Below, piece by piece: positions 44,964-56,368 of a stretch of 64,000 nucleotides of DNA; positions within the stretch are counted from its first letter, which is position 1; every line of letters begins with the position of its first letter. The position numbers and the translations under genes were made by a program. The stretch is taken from positions 384,001-448,000 of the forward strand of contig CAVZZA010000005.1 in NCBI GenBank assembly GCA_963779615.1, written 5' to 3'. This stretch comes from an uncultured Nitrososphaeraceae archaeon (lineage in GTDB: Archaea; Thermoproteota; Nitrososphaeria; Nitrososphaerales; Nitrososphaeraceae). A model generated the notes under the pieces. It saw only the letters and a program-made list of their open reading frames with translations, was not told the DNA's origin and did no database searches.

Positions 44964-45578
44964 TTGACTATGAACAACACAAAAAACATTTTATTAGTAG
45001 CTATAATCGCAGCAACAATGGTTATGGGTACAAGCGTTATCCCGATGCAGTCATATGCAGACAGGGATGATAATGGCCACAAAAAAACCAAGGACTTTGT
45101 ATCCTCAATAACCGCAAGCGCTGAATCAGACAAAAAGAGCTCAAGCCAGCACCAGGACCAGGACAACTTCTGCTACAGGGGTGACAACGATTGTGAACAA
45201 GCAAATGAGGGACAACAATTAGCAGGAAAGGACAATGAAGCAACGGGGTTCAATGACCAAAGCGACAACCTTGACCTATCCGCAATAGGAACTGGAATAG
45301 GCAATGCAACAGGCAATGCAACAGGCAATGGAAATGGCGGAACACCTCAACAACGATGTGAACTTTGTCTACTGAATGTGGATTTAGCAGTATTCTTCTC
45401 CAATCCTGTAGTTCGTGAGTTAGGAATTGATAACAATGCAGATCTTTGTGCAGCACTCGCAGCTGGTACACTTTCAACAGTTGTATTAGGTTTATTATTG
45501 GAGGCCCTGGATATTCCTACTGAACAATGCTTGATAGCCGCAGGCATTAATCTACCAACAAGGTCTCCAGAAATATAG
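44964..45578 (+). CDS. Secreted Q/N-rich protein, paralog of 27783
   Basis: Near-identical signal and SQHQDQDNFCYRGDN core; divergent C-terminus CELC...LC...CL. Confidence 0.8.
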   Translation: MTMNNTKNILLVAIIAATMVMGTSVIPMQSYADRDDNGHKKTKDFVSSITASAESDKKSSSQHQDQDNFCYRGDNDCEQANEGQQLAGKDNEATGFNDQSDNLDLSAIGTGIGNATGNATGNGNGGTPQQRCELCLLNVDLAVFFSNPVVRELGIDNNADLCAALAAGTLSTVVLGLLLEALDIPTEQCLIAAGINLPTRSPEI

Positions 45579-46437
45579 AAAAGAATTCCTGAATGGTGAA
45601 AAAGACACCAAAATAGGTGTCAATCTTTTTTTATTTTTATTAAAGTTCTTCGCATGTACAGAAGAGAATTTGTTTTTTACTATGGATACTAAAATTGCAT
45701 AGTCTTCAAATAGTTCCTTTAGTCTTTGGATACCTTCCAAATGTTCTTTGGAAAAATGAGAGTTTTTGATTAGTTTCATCATCTTTGTTTTTATCAGGAA
45801 TGTTATTTGTCAATAACATTTGATTGTCATATTTGAATATTAAATTAAGTTGTTGTTAGATTTTTATAATAAAATAAGAATATTGATATTATTATATCTA
45901 TGGGTAAATTTAATAAGGCGTAATACCATGCTATGCATTTTTAGATAATCATTTGAAAGCATCATAAGCAGCCTGTAGGACTTCCGGTTTTGTTTCTACA
46001 TTTCCAAGACTAAAAATATTCGGAATAGATAGCCCAGCAATATCGATACTGGTCCCCTGACATTTTACCAGGTGTTTGCATTCTTCATCTTTGGAACAAG
46101 GAAACTTCATTTGATATATTATTGTTAGTTATTGACATGCTATTAAAATTGTCCCCTTTAGCAATATAAATAACAAAATTATAAATATTGATCAAAATTT
46201 TCAGAAAAAATCTTTGAAACCTATAAAAACTAAGATAAATCTTTGAAACCAACAGAACCCCTATTTACCACAAAAAATTAGTCTCTCTAAGTCCATTGAA
46301 CAGCATTGAAATGTTTAGGTAATAAAAATATTAATTTGGCAAAACACTATTAAAGTGCGATTACAACCTTTATTTGCGATAGCTAATTTTCGTTATCTCT
46401 CCTTTCATATAATGCTTAAAACAAGTACTATGGAGAT

Positions 46438-46518
46438 TTGACTCTCTTATTGACTGAATTGACCTCTAGTTTGACCGAATTGACCGGATAATTGAACGTT
46501 TTTATAAGCAAGTTGACC
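46438..46518 (+). promoter_or_regulatory. TTGAC-rich direct repeats upstream of an HTH gene
   Basis: ttgactgaattgacc and ttgaccgaattgacc 21 bp apart, plus further TTGAC/TTGAAC copies near a ttataag TATA-like box. Confidence 0.55.
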
Positions 46519-46538
46519 ACTATAATACACATGCTAAA

Positions 46539-48471
46539 GTGAGCAAACAAACACAACGAACAGGAGAATCACTAGTGATACAAAAATACTTGCAGGGCAA
46601 ATCCATGAACAAAATAGCAAATGAAACTAAAATCTCAAAAGGCAAAGTACATTATTTGATAAATGAATGGAAGGACAAAATAGGGTCATCAGACATTGAT
46701 GAAATAAAGGAATTTGTGGGCCTGGTTAAAAAATCCGGGATTTCAATTGATCAGTGTGCGAAAGGCTTCAGGACAACAAACATTTTGAAAGGTTTTGGAA
46801 TAAAAAATGAGGATACTGATGATGATGACGGCAATGGTATAACAGGCGATAATAATGACCATACAGAATTCTCCACATTTATAGAAGACGTCTACAAAAA
46901 CTGCAAAACACTAAACATTTCCCCGGCTATCATACAATCATGGATTAGGGATTGATTTTAATTCCGCTTACCTTTCCTCCTCGGATCCCAAGAAAAGCTC
47001 TTTTTCCTTGTGGGACATTGACGGCAAGGAGGATGATACTTACGATAAAGCACAGACAGCATCTGTAAAAACAGGTAAAGATACAAAAGAATTTCAAAAA
47101 AACATTACCAAAGAATCTGATTCAAATACAATTGACAACATAAAATCCAATTCACTTTTAAAAAAGATTGCACCCGACCTCAATCCCAAATCAACAGATG
47201 ACTTTTCACCAGAAACCAAGATACTATTCATTTCACAAGTATCCTTTTACATTGCCCAAAAGAATAAAGAATTAGCCAGATTAAAAAGCCAGCAAAACAC
47301 CATAGAAAGCAACATACAAAAACTTGAAGAGCAAAAAAACAGGGCAACAGAAAACCTAAACCAAATATCCCAAAGAGAAAAATTCGCGCTAGACTATATT
47401 AAATGGTTTTATGGCTTGGAAAAAGCGTTGCGGGAAAACCATTCAATCAACATAAAGGAAGACATACAGGGCTTTTCACAACTCATAAAAGATTTTGGGG
47501 AACATGGTTATGATGCTAATGAGATAATACATGAGTATCTAAGGTCACTATCCATCAAACTGGAAATAAAGACACATACAGCTGATTTACAATCACTTCA
47601 AAATCAAAAAATTGACCTAACAAAGTCACTGGCATATTTGCAATCTCAAACAAGTCAGCACAAGCAAACCATGGGCATTTATCGTGAACTTGAAGGCATG
47701 AAGTTTGGCCTTAAAGAGATAAAGCAATTATGGAATAACATTTTGGAAATAACTGAGGCTAATTGCATTTCCCATAAGGAAGCGGTTTCCAAATTTCTCA
47801 AAGACATAGAAGAACAATATGATGATAAACTTGGATTTGAAGCCAAAGTAAATGAGAAAAGGGGTGAGCTTGTTCTTGTGAATAAGGAATTAAGCAACAG
47901 TCGGCAAATTTTGTGGTTTACCCCATTGGTAGGTCCATCTTTGTCCAATCTTTTTCAAAAGGGCACAGGCGAACAAGACATCATAGGCATTAACCAACTA
48001 GTTGAAACTTGCACAGGTAATGCTAATTTCAGCAATTCAGGGACTGGTCCCCAAAAAGAAGACCGGATCAAAGATAAAGACAAAGACACAAACAATGGCA
48101 ATAAAATCACAAGCAGATCAGAATACTGGAAGCTATTGGCAGATGAACTAAAAAAATACGGAAATATCAGATTGGCAATAAAGGAGCAGCAGGAAAATCA
48201 CGATAATTTGCAAAAAGAAGTAAATCACCTAAATAATCAAAAGCAAGAGTTATCAGCTTACTTGCAAATAGCAACCTCTTTTATAAATGCATTAAATAAC
48301 CAAATTTCTTATTATAAGGGATTTATGGACCAACTCAACAGGGATCTGAACTATAGAATTAATTTATCAACCGGGTTTTCGCATCCGTTTATACTGATAG
48401 TAAGTAAAAGTACAGACAAAGACAAAGATGGTACAGGAAAACAAGATGACGAAAAAACAAGTATTGCATGA
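46539..48471 (+). pseudogene. HTH plus long coiled-coil protein, frameshifted near 46955
   Basis: YLQGKSMNKIANETKISKGKVHYLI HTH in ORF 46539-46955; coiled-coil ORF 47008-48471. Confidence 0.65.
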
Positions 48472-48680
48472 AACCGCCACCACATAAGCACAATAGTCAA
48501 CAAAACAAATAATTGGAAAAAATCAAACGTCTTTAAAGGTGCATACAGCTCATCATTTTGTTCTTTTAATGCAGAATAAACCATGTAATTATTTTGAAAT
48601 ACTACATGCTCAAAATCTAATATATATATAATCATTCGTTGGTGGTTTATAGTGGAGTTTTCATTAACTTCATTCTTTTG

Positions 48681-48744
48681 TGTTTCTCCTCGAGTGTTGC
48701 CACTGAGGTCTGATCCCTATCCCGGCGCCTTCCACTTGGAGACA
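48681..48744 (+). repeat. att site 4: degenerate tRNA-Ser 3' core flanked by inverted (TG)TTTCTCC / GGAGACA arms
   Basis: tgtttctcc-N23-atccctatcccggcgc-N9-ggagaca. Confidence 0.75.
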
Positions 48745-49179
48745 TACAGGTATATTTTATGACTAAAACAATCAAATCAAAATATCCATAGTCAAGACAA
48801 AGCGGCAATTGCCAAAATTTCAGTATGCAATCTAACGAAAATCACACATTTTAACACTAGATGGAAGCAACTTAAAAGACGACCTGATAGCAATTATGCT
48901 AAAGGAGCAGGCAGCAAAGAAACCTCAAGCGAGGGCAAGCAATGCTATTTGATGCACACATTGGTTAAACCATTTGAACGACCTTTACCTTGAAGAACAA
49001 ATTGCATTGATCAAAATGAATTTTATTGAGATTGAATAATTTGTTTGGTTACAGCCTACCGAAGCACATTTTATCAATTCAAACTACACATGCGCTTGAC
49101 GCCTGGGTGATTTGGCATAACACTTGATGAATTTATCGTACTCTTTTAATTCCTAATGCAAAACATTACCATATAGGTA

Positions 49180-50178
49180 ATGCAAAAGACTATCATACGT
49201 TATAACGAGAACCAAGTGATAGAAGGGACTGCTGCTGCCTCCAATGAGGATAAAAAAAACGGAGATAACCTTTGGATAGACCTGGTAGATCCTGAGTCGT
49301 CCGAAATCTCCAATTTGGAAAAGACATTTAATTTTGATCATAAATCAATAGAAAAGATAGAGCAGAAATCAAAAAAGCCACAGGTCATGATATTCGCCAA
49401 CCATAAATTCACGGTTTTTCTCGCCCTAAAGTTCAATACCATACAACACCTAAAGACAAGCGCCATTTACTTTTTGGTAGGAAATGACTGGTTAATAACC
49501 ATTCACTCCAGAGAGGTTGACCTTGTAACGAAAGGCAGAATAATTCTTTCAGAGGGAAAAAGGACTTTGGAGTCTTCCATTGATGCGCTGTATTACAGCA
49601 TTTTATCAAGCATGGTAGAAACATATGAACAAATTTTAACAGCAATAGAGCTTGAGGTGGTCAAAGTCGAAAAAAAGGCCCAGCAAAGGCCGTCGGGAAA
49701 TGTTCTCAAGCATCTTGACTTGCTATCCAGGCAAATAATCATCCTTCGAAGGCATTTCTGGCGCGCAAGGCATATTATAAACTACCATACCCATATGGAG
49801 GAGGATAAACAAGACATAAAGTTTCTCAAGATTGTATACGATGACATAAACCAGCTTATCGAAATGGTTCAGTCCTACCAAGACACCATAAATTCCACCA
49901 GGGACACATTTTCAAACAGCGTGTCACTGCAAACAAACGATGTGATGAGGGTGTTAACGATATTTTCCACTATAATATTGCCGCTATCACTATTGATAAG
50001 CATACTTGGTTTGCAGGGGTTCGATTTGAATAACCTGTCATCCATACCAAAATACTTTGGTTTACTGATAATAACCATGTTGACAATTACCGGCGTGTCG
50101 TTATTCTTATTTTGGAAAAAGCAGTGGATATTCTCCAAAGAAAAAATGATTATTGGCGATAACGATGCCAACACATAA
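49180..50178 (+). CDS. CorA-family divalent cation transporter (divergent signature)
   Basis: LWIDLVDP, LITIHS, NDVMRVLTIFSTI.LP, two C-terminal TMs; GMN replaced by GLQ. Confidence 0.85.
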   Translation: MQKTIIRYNENQVIEGTAAASNEDKKNGDNLWIDLVDPESSEISNLEKTFNFDHKSIEKIEQKSKKPQVMIFANHKFTVFLALKFNTIQHLKTSAIYFLVGNDWLITIHSREVDLVTKGRIILSEGKRTLESSIDALYYSILSSMVETYEQILTAIELEVVKVEKKAQQRPSGNVLKHLDLLSRQIIILRRHFWRARHIINYHTHMEEDKQDIKFLKIVYDDINQLIEMVQSYQDTINSTRDTFSNSVSLQTNDVMRVLTIFSTIILPLSLLISILGLQGFDLNNLSSIPKYFGLLIITMLTITGVSLFLFWKKQWIFSKEKMIIGDNDANT

Positions 50179-50550
50179 TAGTCATTCAATAAAGAGAACA
50201 GAGGCAAGACCCTTTGAATAAAGTGACTCTTTTTTAAGGTACATCCACATTCTTTAATCATTCTTAAACATTGGAATTCTTCTGTTTGTGGTTTTTTAGA
50301 GGACATGGTTCAATCCAGGTGAGTTTCTCCTATCAGTCGTCACACACAACACCTAAAAAAAAGATTGTCAAATACCAAAACGCCTCTTGATAACCATCCG
50401 CCTCAATAGTGGGTTTGCACTGCCACAAAAGGCATTTAATTTTGGTTATGACTTTCAAATGGTGGTAGCATGTTGCTGGTTCCAAAACCTAGAAAGGGTA
50501 AACCAAAATGGGAAAGGTAAAGGTCAAAAGCCAGCAAAGATGTCAAAACA

Positions 50551-50829
50551 GTGATGTTAATGTACTATCCGAAAGACGATAGCTTTAAGCCATTTAGGGT
50601 GGATATAGAATATTGGGACCATCGGCCTGTTTTGACAAACAACGAGCTTGGAATAACTGTTCACATTGATGAGAATGTAGTGGCTGATTTGAGCGAGAGG
50701 ATAGAGCAGGAGTTAAGGTTATCGTGGCAGAAAGTTGTACAGGAATATGATGAGTCAATTTTGATATTCAAAAGTTTAAAGAAAGTCCGTGACAATTTGT
50801 TGAATTTAAAAAAGGTGGAGGAACGATAA
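50551..50829 (+). CDS. Hypothetical protein
   Basis: 92 aa ORF with protein-like composition. Confidence 0.45.
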   Translation: MMLMYYPKDDSFKPFRVDIEYWDHRPVLTNNELGITVHIDENVVADLSERIEQELRLSWQKVVQEYDESILIFKSLKKVRDNLLNLKKVEER

Positions 50830-51342
50830 AACAGACAAAGGCAAACAGGGAAACGCAATAAGATTCGTTATTGTTTTTCCCCTACATCTGTAAAGGGTTG
50901 TTCCCTGTGCCCTCACGCACTCCAAACTTTAGCCATTTTCCGCATGGATATGCAGGCACCAGTGCAGGCAAGGACTTCCAACACTATCTATATTCTAATT
51001 TGGGGAGGTACCTTTTATTAAATCAAATGCACCTAGTTTAGCAACAAAACTATAAGGGTAGTAGAGCACATACCCATGATTATTTTACGTTGTTTTTTTT
51101 TTGAGACGACACAACACCACTAACAGGTGAATAATTTTTTATTTTTTTGTTTTGGATGATTTTCTATCTTTGACAATCCACCAGGTTACCAAAACAATTC
51201 CCAAAATAGGAAACCCTGAAATAAAAATATACGGAAACACCGCCAAGAAAGTAGAGGGTTCAAAAACATTCATATGATGCTACAGCAACAATCAAATATT
51301 TATTTTATTGTTTATTCCCCAAGGCCATGCAAAAGATGAAAA

Positions 51343-51840
51343 TCAGGACAGGTCTAGTGCCATCAAGTTAGCGTCCTCGCCATCCCTGTAATATGACTTT
51401 AGCACAGATTTTGTTTGGAAACCAAGTTTTTCATACAGAGATATCGCAGGCAGGTTACTTGTTCTGACCTCCAGGTAAATCTCATCGCCTTTTCGTGAGG
51501 CCACACCGTTGATTCCCTCAATCATCAAAGCCTTGCCAATGTTTTTCCCCCTATGTTGCTCCAAAAGAGAAATCGAAACAACGTGTCCTTTCTTTACAAA
51601 CCCTAACTTCCTAAAATTAGAGAATCCAAACTCCAGCTTGCACATGATATATCCAACAACATCACCTTCATATTCAGCCACAATGAAGGATTCAGGCATT
51701 TCACGGAGCAGAGACTCAAAGAAATACTCAGAATAGTGCTCAGGGAGAGTTTTTTCATTGATGTCGATAACAGATCCTAAATCAACTTGACTGCATCTTC
51801 TGATTGAATACCCATTAACAGTTCTTAAGGCTATTTGCAA
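51343..51840 (-). CDS. N-terminal acetyltransferase (Ard1/RimI GNAT family)
   Basis: INEKTLPEHY, VGYIMCKLE.G, KGHVVSIS, YLEVRTSN..AI.LYEKLGF, YYRDGEDA. Confidence 0.93.
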   Translation of the reverse strand: MQIALRTVNGYSIRRCSQVDLGSVIDINEKTLPEHYSEYFFESLLREMPESFIVAEYEGDVVGYIMCKLEFGFSNFRKLGFVKKGHVVSISLLEQHRGKNIGKALMIEGINGVASRKGDEIYLEVRTSNLPAISLYEKLGFQTKSVLKSYYRDGEDANLMALDLS

Positions 51841-51991
51841 ACAGTATATAGACGGTTCAACAAATTATTTAACTTTATCACAAGAGATTGAAACCAACAA
51901 AAAAAATTACACATCTCATCATCTCATGGCCAGCCATTTCCGCTTTATAAAGATGGTTTAAATTACTTACAAAACTTTATGAACACAGTGA

Positions 51992-53077
51992 ATGCATTTA
52001 CCTGAAAAAAAAGCTCTTTTGATTACCTATCCTAACCAATTTGCCATTACGGAGGCAAAGTCACTTGCCGAATCAACAGGATATTCGATTTTGGACACCA
52101 TTTGTCAAAAGCACATAACAATGTCAAGATTCGGCATCGGAAAAGGCAAAGCTGAGCTGGTGAAAGAAAAAATAATGGAATTAAAGCCCAACGTCATAAT
52201 TTTTGACGAAGTTTTAAAACCAAGTCAGCAATACAATCTTTCAAAATTATGCAACATTGAGGTAATAGACAGGGAGAAACTCATCCTGGAGATTTTTTTG
52301 AACAGAGCAGTAACAAACGAATCAAAAATTCAGGTAAAGCTGGCTCAGTTAAAATACGACATTGTCAGGGTAAAAGAAAAAGTACGCCTGTCAAAAGGGG
52401 GAGGAGAAGAGCAGCCAGGGTTTCTTGGTGTCGGCAAATATGACGCAGACATAGAAATACTAAGCATAAAAAAAAGAACGGCCGTTCTTAAAAAAAAATT
52501 ATTGGTTGAAGAGAAAAAAAGAAAGCTCCACAGGGTTCAGAGATTAAACGAAAAAACACCTTTGATATCCCTGACAGGATACACCTCTGCAGGAAAAACA
52601 TCATTATTTAACTGGATAACAAATGAAAAAAAAGAAACAAGTAAGCAGTTGTTCACTACGCTAACAACATACACAAGGTCAGCTGTCATTAAAGAAAAAA
52701 AGGTCTTGTTTACAGACACGATAGGATTCATAAGCAAATTACCACCCTATATGATAGAGGCGTTCAAGTCAACGCTATCTGAATTAAATTTTGCGGATGT
52801 TGTTTTACTTGTACTAGATTTTAGTGATGACACAATGTCCATTGAGAAAAAATTAAAGAGTTCCCTTGAGACGCTCTCCAAGCTAGAGGTTCCCAACAAC
52901 AAGCTAATCCTGGTTTTAAACAAAATGGATTTGGTAAAGCCTTCAGAGATTGAAGACAAGTTAATAGAACTGAACATTCAGCCAGACATGCACCAAATAG
53001 TATCGATTTCCTCAAAAACTGGATTCAACATTCCCTCATTGATAGAAAAAATTGACTCCATGATAACCATGAAATAG
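51992..53077 (+). CDS. hflX: GTPase HflX
   Basis: IDREKLILEIF..RA...E.K.QV.LAQL; G1 GYTSAGKTS, G2 LFTTL, G3 DTIG, G4 NKMD. Confidence 0.95.
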   Translation: MHLPEKKALLITYPNQFAITEAKSLAESTGYSILDTICQKHITMSRFGIGKGKAELVKEKIMELKPNVIIFDEVLKPSQQYNLSKLCNIEVIDREKLILEIFLNRAVTNESKIQVKLAQLKYDIVRVKEKVRLSKGGGEEQPGFLGVGKYDADIEILSIKKRTAVLKKKLLVEEKKRKLHRVQRLNEKTPLISLTGYTSAGKTSLFNWITNEKKETSKQLFTTLTTYTRSAVIKEKKVLFTDTIGFISKLPPYMIEAFKSTLSELNFADVVLLVLDFSDDTMSIEKKLKSSLETLSKLEVPNNKLILVLNKMDLVKPSEIEDKLIELNIQPDMHQIVSISSKTGFNIPSLIEKIDSMITMK

Positions 53078-53486
53078 GACATCTACAACTCAATCAAAGA
53101 TATAATGAAAAAAACAATCAAATGAAGTAAAAACCAACCAGCAAGTGGTGCTGGCAGCCATTTTACATGTTGTTTGTTCAGCAAACATGCAAATAGGTTT
53201 TGACTGACGACAACAGAGAGAAACATACAAAAACACATGCCAGGGTCAGATTAAGACAATACAAAAACACTCCTCACAAATAATTGTGAACAGTGTCACT
53301 GATGCGGATGGAGGATGCCCGAAGGGCAGGGCAGGCAGCCGCATAACCGCACAGCTGTTCTTGACCTTTGCACAAATTTTCATAAACCGAAACACATTGA
53401 AGATTTTAACATGTTCATCGCTTGATAAGGTAAGTTAATAAGAGACAACAATCTCTGTACAATTTTTATAATAAAGGTCATGAATT

Positions 53487-54473
53487 ATGCATTTAACAAA
53501 TCACATAGAAGGACTTGAAACGGTCCATAACGATAAACTATTGTGGGTCAATATCGAGAAGCCCACAAGAGACAAGATGGAGATTCTGTCCAGAAAGTTT
53601 TCCCTTCATGAGTTGAATATTGAAGACTGTTTATCAAAAAACCAACTGCCAAAAATTGACAGGTATGAGGATCATGTTTTCATAATTCTCCAATTTCCCA
53701 CCACGCAAAAAGAAAAAACACTGCAGAGGTTTAGCCAGCTGTCTTTATTTGTGGGAAAGAACTACCTCATAACCATACATCAGGGAGACCTAAAGCCCCT
53801 GATTGAGCTTTTCCAATCATGCAAATTTGATGACCACAGAATAAAGCAAAACGTGATGGGCAGTTCACCAGGCTATCTTTTGCACAGCGTTCTGGATAGC
53901 CTAGTTGATGACCTGCTCCACATTCTGATGAAAATAATTGGAAATTTAGATGACATAGAAGACGCAGTGTTTGACGACAAGGTAGCTGTTGCAAAAGAAA
54001 TAACAATCCTCAGAAGGGAAATAACCATATTGCGCAGGGTGGTATTGCCATTAAAGAGAATCATGTCAGAGATAATCTCAAGGGACGTCAAAAAGTTTTC
54101 AAACGCTGACGAAGAGGAGGATCTGATATCTTATTTTGATGACGTTAACGATCATATTTTCAAAGTCCTGGAGGCTTTAGACGAATCCAAAGAAACTATT
54201 GAGATTTATAAGGACACCGACTTTATGCTAAGCAGCGAGAAAACCAACAAAATTCTCAGTTTCTTGACGATTCTGTTTACCTTGTCAATTCCAATTACAG
54301 TTTTGGGGACATTTTACGGGATGAATATAGCGATTCCAGGTAGCATAAATTCGAGTAAAACAATAATAGACTATGTCCCCCTTGCCATAACAATATCAAT
54401 ATCAATTGGGGCCGTGGTTATTATGATAAGCCTTTTTAGGAAATTCGGTTGGATGAACAACGTCACAAAGTAA
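53487..54473 (+). CDS. corA: Magnesium transporter CorA
   Basis: LHELNIEDCLS..QLPKIDRY, TNKILSFLT, canonical YGMN signature. Confidence 0.93.
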   Translation: MHLTNHIEGLETVHNDKLLWVNIEKPTRDKMEILSRKFSLHELNIEDCLSKNQLPKIDRYEDHVFIILQFPTTQKEKTLQRFSQLSLFVGKNYLITIHQGDLKPLIELFQSCKFDDHRIKQNVMGSSPGYLLHSVLDSLVDDLLHILMKIIGNLDDIEDAVFDDKVAVAKEITILRREITILRRVVLPLKRIMSEIISRDVKKFSNADEEEDLISYFDDVNDHIFKVLEALDESKETIEIYKDTDFMLSSEKTNKILSFLTILFTLSIPITVLGTFYGMNIAIPGSINSSKTIIDYVPLAITISISIGAVVIMISLFRKFGWMNNVTK

Positions 54474-54955
54474 ATAGGGATGGCAACTGGGTTCATTTTG
54501 CTAGTTTTTTATTAATCAATATTGTAACTGCGCCACAATCAGGCCTTTAACCTTTTTAACTGATGCCATATAAACAATGGAGTCTTTTTGTCAGCAAACA
54601 CCTTTTTACCCTCTAAAGCACTGATCTCTTTCTATTTGCTACATGCCCATGAGTTTTGCACAGCAAAGCATTGTCCCCTTTTTAAAAAAAACAAAGGTAT
54701 CGTAAACGAAAACAAAATAAGAAGGCATATTTTTTCACGCCATAACGTTGAATTAGGGAATTTCACATAAACCCACTTCACGGATAATCAAGGCAAATGC
54801 GCATATTTACCAATTTAAAATGGCATGTAGAGCAATAGATAAAACATAAAGAATTGGGTTAGTGATTGATTTTAGATACCATAGACAACAATATCAACAT
54901 TATGGTACCATTTCTTTATTCCAGTATATTTTTATAATAGAATATTCTTTTTATA

Positions 54956-55222
54956 GTGATGGAAAATATAAAACTTTATAAAAAAGCAATATTTGGAGTA
55001 ATTTTTATGCTTGGTGCAATCATGTTAAATGGCGTCGCTAACAATGCAATGGCACAAACTGAAAATCAATCACAAGTATTTCCAAACGATACAGAAACTG
55101 TTGGAGATCTAGAAAACCTGACTGGATCTGACCAGGGCATAATAGCTAATGATACAACCATAAGTAACCCAAGCAACGATTTAGAGAACAGTTTGGCAAC
55201 AAATGAGAATCAAAGCAATTAA
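54956..55222 (+). CDS. Small secreted N/S/T-rich protein
   Basis: Signal peptide ending AMAQ; acidic low-complexity mature part. Confidence 0.65.
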   Translation: MMENIKLYKKAIFGVIFMLGAIMLNGVANNAMAQTENQSQVFPNDTETVGDLENLTGSDQGIIANDTTISNPSNDLENSLATNENQSN

Positions 55223-55300
55223 TTCCATTTTTTTCAACGACACAAACAGCCATAAAACCAATTAAGACAGGATTTTAAACAACTTTTCTACACAAGGCAA

Positions 55301-55852
55301 TCATCCCGAAATAAAACTCCGTATGGATTGATTTACCTTATCTGAAATTGAACCAAGTTTAGTTTTTACTAGTTCAGGATCAGTGCTGTCAAGCTCGTCC
55401 CCTATGAAATCAGAAACCCATTTGGTTTGGGTCGGGTAAGAGATTTTCTCGCCATTTTTGCACTCATAATCAAATAGTTTCCTAAATGCTATATGGGTAA
55501 AGTTTTGTTCCGGCAATGCACCGTGAAAATGCAAAGTATTAGAAGGGATTGAGACAATTTCACCAACATCCAGATAGTTTAGATCTATGTCATCAATTTC
55601 AAAGTTCGAGAGGGAGTTTTCCTTTAATTCACCCACAACACCCTTCCCGTAAACAGGAATTAAAATTTGCTCGGTTTCATGAAAATGCATTGTCGTCAGG
55701 GCCCCCTTTAAAAACTCTACAAAATAAAGCTCTTGATCCTGGGAGTTGTCTCCGTTGTACACCTCCTTGATAACCACGCTACCGTTAAAGTAATCTGATT
55801 TAACTTTTTTCTCGGAACATGTATACAAATTCCTTTTGTTCATGAAAATCAT
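55301..55852 (-). CDS. Cupin-domain protein
   Basis: YFNGSV, VEF..GA.T.MHFH..EQIL, GEIVSIP....HFHGA. Confidence 0.85.
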   Translation of the reverse strand: MIFMNKRNLYTCSEKKVKSDYFNGSVVIKEVYNGDNSQDQELYFVEFLKGALTTMHFHETEQILIPVYGKGVVGELKENSLSNFEIDDIDLNYLDVGEIVSIPSNTLHFHGALPEQNFTHIAFRKLFDYECKNGEKISYPTQTKWVSDFIGDELDSTDPELVKTKLGSISDKVNQSIRSFISG

Positions 55853-56368
55853 TTCCTTTTCTAGAATTTAATTTTATGCGAGCAAGCACAGAAAAATTTC
55901 AAAGGTATCCAAAGCGCACAAAAAAAATCAATAATAAAATTGGTTAAGGAAAATGCATGATTTGTAAAAGCGGTTAACGTATATACAAAACAAAACAACA
56001 AGAGTATAATTTTTTAGGCACCTTTTTTTTGACTGGTAACACAAAATCAACAGAGCGGAAGGAGGAGGAGAAAAAGGCAGGAGAAGCGGGTGTCTAAAAA
56101 TCAGCTTTTGGTATGCTCAAGCGGCTTGGGGCCACAACCTGTCACCCTTCGCATATCCACAGTAAAGCCTCGCAATACCAATTAGAGCAATCATCAAACT
56201 CTTGAATCCGCCTTTAACTTGTCAAATAACTCAATGGTTTTTTCCCAAATGAAGATAAAGCATGATGCCCCATATTGAGGAGAGCAATTTTTTGGCAGAG
56301 TGAAGGAAAAATCCCGTATAGAAGACTAGACAATAAAAGTCGCATAATGTTAACATAAATAATTACAA

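Larger units (their letters stand above)
38347..48728. mobile_element. Further tandem integrated DNA (segments B 38347-44204 and C 44224-48712)
   Basis: att copies at 44205-44223 (exact) and 48713-48728 (1 mismatch); second integrase and duplicates of element A modules. Confidence 0.8.

Noticed and set aside
56050-56160. Purine/GC-richer intergenic stretch as RNase P or SRP RNA
   Set aside because: No GAGGAAAGUCC or SRP helix-8 signature recognised
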